64,000 nt of DNA, taken from the NCBI GenBank assembly GCA_963847705.1, contig CAWKBC010000008.1, forward strand, positions 32,001-96,000, given 5' to 3'. The notes beneath the pieces are model-generated. The model worked only from the letters and a program-made list of their open reading frames with translations. It searched no databases and was not told the origin of the DNA. The position numbers were made by a program, and so were the translations under genes. The DNA is from an uncultured Pseudomonadota bacterium (GTDB lineage Bacteria; Myxococcota_A; Polyangia; Fen-1088). Shown here piece by piece: positions 56,922 through 64,000 of this stretch (positions are counted from its first letter, which is position 1; each line of letters begins with the position of its first letter).

Positions 56922-57670
56922 GGCAAATCCGAGCGCTTGAGGACGTCGACCCGGCCGTCGGGGTAGCCGACCAGCACGCGCTCGGCGGTGCCGAGGAAGA
57001 GCCCGGTGTCGACCACCCCGGGGATCCGGCAGATGGCGGTCTCCAGCGTGCGCGCCAGCGCCGGCTCGGCGAGCGGCCGCGCGCAGGCGCAGTCGAAGAT
57101 CAGGTTTCCGTTGACCGAGATGAGCGGACGCCCACCTGCCGTCGCGGGGTCGACGCGCGCGACCGGGCTGAGGCCGAGCGCCTTCAGCCGGCGGGTGGCC
57201 AGGCCGGCGGCCATGGGGATGACCTCCACCGGGAACCCGGCGTTCGCGCACAGCACCGGGACCAGCTTCTCGGGGCTCACCAGGATGACCTGCCGGCGCG
57301 AGGCGGCGGCCACGATCCGCTCGCGCACGAAGGCGGCGCCCCGCCCCTTGACGAGATCCAGGTTGGGCGTCACCTCGTCGGCGCCGTCGACGGTGAGGTC
57401 GAGCAGCGTCTCCTCGGTGATGTCGATGAGCGGAATCTCCAGCGAGCGGGCCAGCCGCTCGGAGGCCTCCGAGGTCGGCACGCCCGAGACCTTCAGTCCG
57501 CGCCGGGCGCGCGCGCCGATCGCCGCGATGAAGGCGGATGCGGCGCGCCCCGAGCCGAGCCCGACCAGGGCGCCGTCGGTGACCAGCTCGGCGGCGCGGG
57601 TGGCGGCGGCCAGGACGCCCGGATCTGTCGCGGCGCCCGGTGTCCCCTTGGCGGTCCCTTTTGGATTCAT
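56918..57670 (-). CDS. rpiA: Ribose-5-phosphate isomerase A
   Basis: VGLGSGR, GVPTSE, DLTVDGADEV, LVKGRGAA..RE.IV, PVEV, NGN.I.D, IPGVVDTGLF. Confidence 0.93.
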   Translation of the reverse strand: MNPKGTAKGTPGAATDPGVLAAATRAAELVTDGALVGLGSGRAASAFIAAIGARARRGLKVSGVPTSEASERLARSLEIPLIDITEETLLDLTVDGADEVTPNLDLVKGRGAAFVRERIVAAASRRQVILVSPEKLVPVLCANAGFPVEVIPMAAGLATRRLKALGLSPVARVDPATAGGRPLISVNGNLIFDCACARPLAEPALARTLETAICRIPGVVDTGLFLGTAERVLVGYPDGRVDVLKRSDLP

Positions 57671-57685
57671 CGCTCGGTATCTTAA

Positions 57686-59056
57686 CTAGGGCGCGGGAGC
57701 ATGCCAGCCACCCACGTCGGCGGTGAGGCGCGCAGCGTCGGGGGGGCCCCAGGTGCCCGGCTCGTACTGGTGGACGGGGGTGGCGCCTCCCAGGATCGGA
57801 TCGACGATGGCCCAGGCCGCCTCCACGCCGTCCTGCCGCGAGAACAGCGTGGCGTCCCCGGCCATCGCGTCGCCCAGAAGGCGCTCGTAGGCGTCCATCT
57901 CGTCGGCGTCGGACTGGTGCATCACCTTCAGCTCCGTCGGCTCCGACACCATCTGCTCACCCGCCTTCTTGATCCGGGCGCCGACCGCGATGATCACCTC
58001 GGGGGAGAGGCGGAAACGGAAGTGGTTGGTCTCCTCGGGGCCGACCCGGCGGAGCGGCGGGCGCTTGAGCGTGACCAGCACCTCCGTCGTGGAGACCGGC
58101 ATGCATTTGCCGGCGCGGATGAAGAACGGAACGCCGTCCCAGCGCCAGGAGTCGACGTGTAGCCGGACCGCCGCGTAGGTCTCCACAGTGGAGTCGGTGG
58201 CCACCCCCTCCTCCTCCCGGTAGCCGATGAACTGGCCGCGCACCAGATCCTCCGGGCTGAGCGGCCGGATGGCGCGGAAGACCTTGACCTGCTCGTCGCG
58301 AATCGACTCGGCGTAGGTCCCGAGCGGCGGCTCCATCGCCAGGAAGCCGATCACCTGGAGGAGGTGGTTCTGGATGACGTCGCGGATGGCGCCCGCCTCC
58401 TCGTAGAAGCGCCCGCGCCCCTGGACGCCGAAGCTCTCGGCCATGGTGATCTGCACGCTCTCGACGTAGTGCTGGTTCCAGATCGGCTCCAGGAAGGTGT
58501 TGGCGAAGCGGAACAGCAGCAGGTTCTGCACCGACTCTTTTCCCAGGTAGTGGTCGATGCGGAAGATGGCCGACTCGTCGAAGCCGGCGTGCAGCGTCTG
58601 GTTGAGGGCGCGCGCGGAGGCCAGATCGCGGCCGAACGGCTTTTCCACCACCAGGCGCGCCCCCTTGGCGGCGCCCGACTTGGCCAATCCGGTGACCACC
58701 GTCGCGAAGACGCTGGGGGGGATCGCCAGGTAGTGCGTGGGGCGGGCGGCGGCGCCCAGATCTCGCTTCAAGGTTTCGAAGGTCCCCGCATCGGCGTAGT
58801 CACCGCGCACGTAGCGAAGTCTGCCCAGCAGCTTGCCGACCACCGCCTCGTCGAGCGGCTTGACGTGCTCCTTCAAGCTGTCGCGGGCGCGGGCCTGAAA
58901 CTGCTCCAGCGTCCAGGGGGAGTTGGCCACGCCGATGACCGGCATCTCCAGGTGCCCGCGCCGGGTCATGTGGTAGAGCGCCGGGAAGATCTTCTTGAAG
59001 GCGAGATCTCCGCTGGCACCGAAGAAAACGAAGGCGTCCGAGTGAGCTGCGCTCAT
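57686..59056 (-). CDS. zwf: Glucose-6-phosphate 1-dehydrogenase
   Basis: [63 protein letters not shown] 6 nt before ATG 59056. Confidence 0.96.
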   Translation of the reverse strand: MSAAHSDAFVFFGASGDLAFKKIFPALYHMTRRGHLEMPVIGVANSPWTLEQFQARARDSLKEHVKPLDEAVVGKLLGRLRYVRGDYADAGTFETLKRDLGAAARPTHYLAIPPSVFATVVTGLAKSGAAKGARLVVEKPFGRDLASARALNQTLHAGFDESAIFRIDHYLGKESVQNLLLFRFANTFLEPIWNQHYVESVQITMAESFGVQGRGRFYEEAGAIRDVIQNHLLQVIGFLAMEPPLGTYAESIRDEQVKVFRAIRPLSPEDLVRGQFIGYREEEGVATDSTVETYAAVRLHVDSWRWDGVPFFIRAGKCMPVSTTEVLVTLKRPPLRRVGPEETNHFRFRLSPEVIIAVGARIKKAGEQMVSEPTELKVMHQSDADEMDAYERLLGDAMAGDATLFSRQDGVEAAWAIVDPILGGATPVHQYEPGTWGPPDAARLTADVGGWHAPAP

Positions 59057-59121
59057 GGTGGCAGTATATGGATCGCTTAGGAGGGTGTCGACGTGATGCG
59101 AGTGGACGTGAGGCGAGCGCA

Positions 59122-59194
59122 GCGTGGCTTTGCCACGCGGAGCGAGCGGGCGCGCGGGGGGCACCGAGCGAGCAAAGCGAGCGAATGCCCCCCG
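59122..59194. repeat. REP-like hairpins between uxaE and zwf
   Basis: gcgtggc-ttt-gccacgc (59122-59138) and cggggggca...gcaaagc...tgccccccg (59155-59194). Confidence 0.6.
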
Positions 59195-59196
59195 AT

Positions 59197-60444
59197 CTAT
59201 AGAAACAGGGGACGAATGTGACGATCGAAGAGATTTTCGGTCACGCAGCGCCCGGCCACCTCGCGGGCGGCCTCCAGGGCCCCCGTCCAGGCGGGGCCCA
59301 TCTCGGCGGCCACCCGGAAGGCGACGTGCACGAACTGGCGCAGGTGGAGGTCGTAGGCGGGGTTCGCCTGCTCGTGGCGCAGGCGCCCCACCAAGTCGTC
59401 GGCGGTCCAGCGGTCGAGGGCCGCGGGGGTCGGCAGCCGGGCCCGGTCGATCTCCACGACGGTGGCGTACGGCTTGACCAGCTCGTCGAAGCGCGGCAGC
59501 GCGGTGAGACAGATCTGCTTGGCGACCGCCAGCCCGCCGGGGCCGGAGAGCGCCACACCGATCACCTCCTCCAGCCAGTTGGTCCCCGCCGTCTTGAGGT
59601 GAAGGCCCGCGCCATGCTTGGCCAGCGCGCGGTTGATGATCGGGTAGAGCGAGAACTTGTCGCTGCCGGTGTGGACGCTGATCTTGAGCGACGCCGGCAG
59701 ACCGAAGACGGAGATGGCGTGCTTGACCACCGCCAGATCGGCGTCGAGCTCGCGGGCGAAGGCTTCCCTGTCGCCGACGTAGTCGATCCCCTTCAGGAAC
59801 TTGCCGGAGAACTTGGGGGCGATGGTCTGGACGGGGATCTTCTCGCGCGCCAGCGCCCCCAGGATGAAGAAGAGCTCGAACGGCAGCTGCGGCTCCGTGG
59901 CCTCGTCGGTGGAGACCTCGGCGATGAAGTTCCCTTCGCCCTTGGCCGCCAGCACGCGGCGGTAGATCTTCCCCGCCTCCAGCACCGCCGCCAGATAGCT
60001 GCGGCCGATCTTCTCCAGGACGGCGTCGGTCACCTCGAACGCGGCGTCGACGCCGGGGATGCGCAACGTCCCCTTGAACGACGCCATGTCGCGCAGGAAC
60101 GCCGCCAGCGCCGTGGGATCCGGCGGCTGCCCGATGAAGTCGGCGACGTCCAGCGTGTAGAAGTCGCTGGCGGCCAGGAATCCGTCGACCGTCTTGACGC
60201 CAATGTGGTCGGCGTCGACGTGGTACGGGTGCTTCCAGCCGCCGCGCCGAACCGCCTCGTCGGCCTCGGCGCGGACGTCGTCGGGCGTGGTGCCGATGAG
60301 AGAGTGCTCGCGAAAGGACTTGTTCCAGACCGGCACCACCACGACGCCCGCCTTCTCCGCCTGCTGGACCGCGCGGAGCTGCGCCAGCCCCTCGCGGCCG
60401 AACCGGTCGCCGATCCCCAGCGAGAACTTCTCGATCTGCATCAA
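59197..60444 (-). CDS. uxaE: Tagaturonate/fructuronate epimerase family protein
   Basis: [60 protein letters not shown]. Confidence 0.88.
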   Translation of the reverse strand: MMQIEKFSLGIGDRFGREGLAQLRAVQQAEKAGVVVVPVWNKSFREHSLIGTTPDDVRAEADEAVRRGGWKHPYHVDADHIGVKTVDGFLAASDFYTLDVADFIGQPPDPTALAAFLRDMASFKGTLRIPGVDAAFEVTDAVLEKIGRSYLAAVLEAGKIYRRVLAAKGEGNFIAEVSTDEATEPQLPFELFFILGALAREKIPVQTIAPKFSGKFLKGIDYVGDREAFARELDADLAVVKHAISVFGLPASLKISVHTGSDKFSLYPIINRALAKHGAGLHLKTAGTNWLEEVIGVALSGPGGLAVAKQICLTALPRFDELVKPYATVVEIDRARLPTPAALDRWTADDLVGRLRHEQANPAYDLHLRQFVHVAFRVAAEMGPAWTGALEAAREVAGRCVTENLFDRHIRPLFL

Positions 60445-60451
60445 GCCCCTT

Positions 60452-60494
60452 TCAGACCCCCGAGGTCAGACAGCTCAGACCCCGAAGGTCACAC
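60452..60494. repeat. ~23-bp imperfect direct repeat between gnd and uxaE
   Basis: tcagacccccgaggtcagacagc / tcagaccccgaaggtcacac; the second copy overlaps the gnd stop. Confidence 0.6.
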
Positions 60495-61940
60495 GATGTA
60501 GGCGGACGAGGCCGTGTCGCCCCCCCGCCCGGTCCAGTTGGTGTGGAAGAACTGCCCGCGCGGCTGATCGACGCGCTCGTACTGGTGCGCGCCGAAGTAG
60601 TCGCGCTGCGCCTGCAGCAGGTTGGCCGGCAGCCGCCCGTTGCGGAAGCCGTCGAAGTAGGTGAGCGCCGTCCCCGTCGCCGGGATCCAGATCCCGTTCT
60701 GGGCGGCCGTGGCCACCACCCGCCGCCAGCTGTCCTGAACCGCCTCGATCTTCTGCTGGAAGAACGGCGCCAGGAGGAGGTTCGACAGCTTGGGGTCCGC
60801 GTCGTACGCCTCCTTGATCTTGCCGAGGAACTTCGAACGGATGATGCAGCCGCCCCGCCAGAGCAGCGCGATACCGCCATAGCTGAGGTCCCATTTGTAC
60901 TCGGCCGCCGCCGCCTGCATCATCTGATAGCCCTGCGCGTAGGAGACGATCTTCGACGCGTAGAGCGCGTGGCCGATGTCGGTGATGAACGCCTTCTTGT
61001 CGCCGGTGAACTTCGGCGTCGGGCCGCGCAGGATCTTCGAGGCGGCGACGCGCTCGTCCTTCGTCGCCGAGAGGATGCGGGCGAACACCGCCTCGCTGAT
61101 CAACGTCAGCGGAATCCCCAGATCGAGCGCCGTCACGCTGGTCCACTTCCCGGTCCCCTTCTGGCCGGCAGTGTCGAGGATCTTGTCGACCAGCGGCGAG
61201 CCGTCCTTGTCCTTGAAGCCCAGGATGTCGCGCGTGATCTCGATGAGGTAGCTGTCGAGGTCCCCTTTGTTCCACTCGGCGAACACCTCGTGCATCTCGT
61301 CGGCCGACATGCCGAGGAGGTCCTTCATGATCTGGTACGACTCGCAGATGAGCTGCATGTCGCCGTACTCGATCCCGTTGTGGACCATCTTCACGAAGTG
61401 GCCGGCGCCGTCGCTGCCGACCCAGTCGCAGCAGGGCGTCCCGTCCTCGACCTTGGCGGCGATGGCCTGGAAGATCGGCTTCACCGCTGGCCAGGCCGCG
61501 GGAGAGCCGCCCGGCATGATGGACGGGCCCTTGAGCGCCCCCTCTTCACCGCCCGAGACGCCGGTGCCGATGTAGAGCATTCCCTTGGCCTCGACCGCCT
61601 TGGTGCGCCGGATGGTGTCGGGGAAGTGCGAGTTGCCGCCGTCGATGATGATGTCGCCCTTGTCGAGCAGCGGCGTCAGGTGCTCGATGAACTCGTCGAC
61701 GGCCGCGCCGGCCTTGACCATCAGCATCACCTTGCGCGGCGACTTCAGCGCGCCGACCAGCTCCTGCAGCGTGTGGGCGCCGATGATCTTCTTCCCCTTG
61801 GCCCGCCCGGCCATGAACTTGTCGACCTTGTCGACCGTCCGGTTGAAGACCGCCACGGTGTAGCCGCGGCTCTCCATGTTGAGGATGAGGTTCTCGCCCA
61901 TCACCGCCAACCCGACGAGCCCGATGTCCGCCTTTTCCAT
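60489..61940 (-). CDS. gnd: NADP-dependent 6-phosphogluconate dehydrogenase (decarboxylating)
   Basis: [72 protein letters not shown]. Confidence 0.97.
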   Translation of the reverse strand: MEKADIGLVGLAVMGENLILNMESRGYTVAVFNRTVDKVDKFMAGRAKGKKIIGAHTLQELVGALKSPRKVMLMVKAGAAVDEFIEHLTPLLDKGDIIIDGGNSHFPDTIRRTKAVEAKGMLYIGTGVSGGEEGALKGPSIMPGGSPAAWPAVKPIFQAIAAKVEDGTPCCDWVGSDGAGHFVKMVHNGIEYGDMQLICESYQIMKDLLGMSADEMHEVFAEWNKGDLDSYLIEITRDILGFKDKDGSPLVDKILDTAGQKGTGKWTSVTALDLGIPLTLISEAVFARILSATKDERVAASKILRGPTPKFTGDKKAFITDIGHALYASKIVSYAQGYQMMQAAAAEYKWDLSYGGIALLWRGGCIIRSKFLGKIKEAYDADPKLSNLLLAPFFQQKIEAVQDSWRRVVATAAQNGIWIPATGTALTYFDGFRNGRLPANLLQAQRDYFGAHQYERVDQPRGQFFHTNWTGRGGDTASSAYIV

Positions 61941-61985
61941 TTTCGTGTTTGTCCTTTTTCGATCCGTAGAAGTTCGTGGAGCTGT

Positions 61986-63107
61986 TCAGCGCTGAATCCG
62001 CGCCGAGCCCCCCCTGGCGAAGGCCCGGACCTGGTCCAGCGTGGCCATGGTCGTATCGCCTGGGAAGGTCGTGAGCAAGGCGCCATGTGCCCAACCCAAA
62101 GAAACTGCCTCCTGGGGGGCGGCCCCCGAGAGCAGCCCATAGATGAAGCCGGCCGCGAAACCGTCGCCCCCCCCGACCCGATCGACCACGTCCAGCTCCG
62201 CGGTCGGCGCCTGATGGGTCTTGCCGTCCAGCCAGGCGACGGCGCTCCAGCTGTGGCGGTTGGTCGAATGGACCTCGCGCAGCGTGGTGGCGACCGCTTT
62301 GACGTGGGGGTGCTTGGCCACCACTTTGTCGATCATGTCGATGAAAGCGGAAGGATCGAGCTTGGACTTGGCCGCCACCTCGGGCCCGGCGATCCCCAGC
62401 CCCTTCTGCAGATCCTCCTCGTTGCCGACCAGCACGTCGACGTTCTGGACGATCTGTTCGACCACCTCGACGGCGACCTTCTGTCCAGATCGGCCGTCGC
62501 CGTTCCCACCCCAGAGGTTCCAGAGCTTCTCGCGAAAGTTGAGATCGAAGCTGGTCACCGCCCCCGCCGCCTTGGCGGCCTTCATCCCCTCGGCGATGAG
62601 GGCGCCCGTCGTCTTCGACAGCGCCGCGAAGATCCCGCCGCTGTGGAACCAGCGGACGCCCACATTGGCCCCGAAGATCGTCGCCCAGTCGAAGTCGCCG
62701 GGCTTCAGCTCCGCGGCCGCCTCGTTGGCGCGGTTGTAGAAGACGACCGGCGCGCGCATGCCAGCCCCGCGATCGCTGTAGACCGTGGCCATGTTGGGAC
62801 CGTTGACGCCGTTGTGCGAGAAGCGCCTGTAGAACGGCCTCACGCCCATGGCGCGGACGCGCTCCCCGATGAGATCGCCGATCGGATAGTCGACCATCGC
62901 GCTGGCGAGGCCGGCCTTCATCCCGAAGCAGTCGGCCAGGTTGGCCGCCACGTTGAACTCGCCGCCGCTGACGTGGATGTCGCAGTGGCTGGCCTTGCGG
63001 AAGGGAATGATGCCGGGGTCGAGCCGGTGCACCAGCGCCCCCAGGCTGAGAAAGTCGAGCGCCCCGTCGGGCCGGATGGCCAGCTTCCCGTGATCTCTTT
63101 CGCTCAT
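61986..63107 (-). CDS. kdgK: PfkB-family sugar kinase, 2-keto-3-deoxygluconate kinase-like
   Basis: SGGEFNVA.NL, WFHSGGI, SFDLNFR.KLW, GNEED, DRVGGGDGF..G.IYG, TFPGD; ATGA overlap with the upstream gene. Confidence 0.8.
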   Translation of the reverse strand: MSERDHGKLAIRPDGALDFLSLGALVHRLDPGIIPFRKASHCDIHVSGGEFNVAANLADCFGMKAGLASAMVDYPIGDLIGERVRAMGVRPFYRRFSHNGVNGPNMATVYSDRGAGMRAPVVFYNRANEAAAELKPGDFDWATIFGANVGVRWFHSGGIFAALSKTTGALIAEGMKAAKAAGAVTSFDLNFREKLWNLWGGNGDGRSGQKVAVEVVEQIVQNVDVLVGNEEDLQKGLGIAGPEVAAKSKLDPSAFIDMIDKVVAKHPHVKAVATTLREVHSTNRHSWSAVAWLDGKTHQAPTAELDVVDRVGGGDGFAAGFIYGLLSGAAPQEAVSLGWAHGALLTTFPGDTTMATLDQVRAFARGGSARIQR

Positions 63108-64000
63108 GTCTGAACCCTCGTGGTGAACGGATCGTTCTTCAAGCGGTATAGCGTCTCGCCGGCCTTGGGGACGTACAGCAAACCTTCGTTCTCGCGGTCG
63201 CGCCAGGCGGCCGCGTCGATGGTCCGGTGATCGCGGTAGCCGAGGTTCACCGCGCCACACTCCTCGGGACCGATTCCGGTGGCCAGGGTGACGGTGATGC
63301 GCGGCGTTTCGACGCCGTCTTCGTAGCGGCCGATCCCCTTGACGTGCGTCGCGTGCGCCAGCACGCCCCGCGGCACGCCGGGAAAACGCCCCGGCTGCTT
63401 CAGGAAGTAGTCGCGCACGTGGTAGCCGATCTGGCGAATGAGCGCGCCGTGCACCACAGAGATCTCCTGGATGTGCGGCGCGTAGATGACGATCTCGCCG
63501 CCGTCGGCGACCACCGGCTCCAGCTTGTAGGCGCACTTTCCGCCCACCCAGAGCTCGTCGTACATCGCGGGCGCGCAGGAGAGGACGCTCCTGAACGGGC
63601 GGTCTTTGTAGATGACGTGGAGCTGGTTCGACAGCGTCGCCGCCGCCTTCCAGGTCTCCTCCGGCGCCCCCAGATAGAGCCCCGCCAGCGCGGTCCCCTC
63701 GACCACCAGGCTGGCGCACTTGCGCTCGACCGGGACCAGCGCCGCCGCGCGATCGACGACCGCGCGCACCGGCGTGGACTTGGTCCCGATGATCGAGGGG
63801 TTGGTGATGAGCGCACCCAGCCAGTGGAACATGTTCAGGATCTCGGGGCCACCGATCCCCGGGAACAGGTACTTGTTGCCGCCCGAGAATCCCACCACCT
63901 CGTGCGGAAAGGTCGGGCCGATGATCAGCAGGAGGTCGTAGGCGAGCGCCAGCTTGTTGATGGTGACGTCGACCCGCTCCCGCATGAGGCCGCCCGAGAT
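63104..64000 (-). CDS. LarA-superfamily (nickel-pincer) racemase/epimerase homolog, C-terminal part (runs off the right edge)
   Basis: V.IN......D....G..FPHEVVGFSGGNK..FPG, ELW...K..YK.EPVVADGG...IYAPH. Confidence 0.82.
   Translation of the reverse strand: MSGGLMRERVDVTINKLALAYDLLLIIGPTFPHEVVGFSGGNKYLFPGIGGPEILNMFHWLGALITNPSIIGTKSTPVRAVVDRAAALVPVERKCASLVVEGTALAGLYLGAPEETWKAAATLSNQLHVIYKDRPFRSVLSCAPAMYDELWVGGKCAYKLEPVVADGGEIVIYAPHIQEISVVHGALIRQIGYHVRDYFLKQPGRFPGVPRGVLAHATHVKGIGRYEDGVETPRITVTLATGIGPEECGAVNLGYRDHRTIDAAAWRDRENEGLLYVPKAGETLYRLKNDPFTTRVQT

Noticed and set aside
1-64000. tRNA, rRNA, IS elements, integrases or defence systems
   Set aside because: No cloverleaf, rRNA signature, or transposase/recombinase/nuclease motifs recognised by eye. 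Covariance and HMM searches were not run.

Overview
High-GC bacterial chromosomal window, most likely Myxococcota (Polyangia-like). This is inferred from the Hanks kinase with HRDVSPQN, two MYXO-CTERM-like sorting tails, Gly/Thr-linker lipoproteins and Cys-rich repeat proteins. About 50 real CDSs are present; most other ORFs in the track are GC-rich shadow frames. I found no rRNA, tRNA, CRISPR array or transposase. Content in order: a GH2 beta-mannosidase (cut at the left edge), a frameshifted TolB-like lipoprotein, a Ser/Thr kinase, a STAS/SiaC-like protein, a Cys-repeat+CBM3 protein, slyD, a KGG stress protein, aat, an FHA-GGDEF cyclase, DUF72-Ku-MerR/TPR, osmC, a peptidase-PD40-BamA-like protein, surface lipoproteins, bioA, an Agd3-like deacetylase, a sigma54 two-component pair divergent from tolC-mdtABC, spy, an ECF/anti-sigma operon, a frameshifted MORN-like protein, pit, a radical SAM/SPASM maturase with a coupled putative substrate, HAD-KirBac-pyk, a GH5 mannanase with a second ECF cassette, and a sugar-acid/pentose-phosphate cluster (LarA-like, kdgK, gnd, uxaE, zwf, rpiA). 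The best candidate for a novel system is the sigma54-driven rSAM/SPASM gene plus a Zn-ribbon/lipobox protein with two XYG motifs (45464-47245), which may be a splicease acting on a lipoprotein. Next are the GH5-linked ECF surface-signalling cassette, the LarA-like/UxaE sugar-acid route and the DUF72-Ku-MerR/TPR trio. All family calls come from motif recognition; no database search was run.
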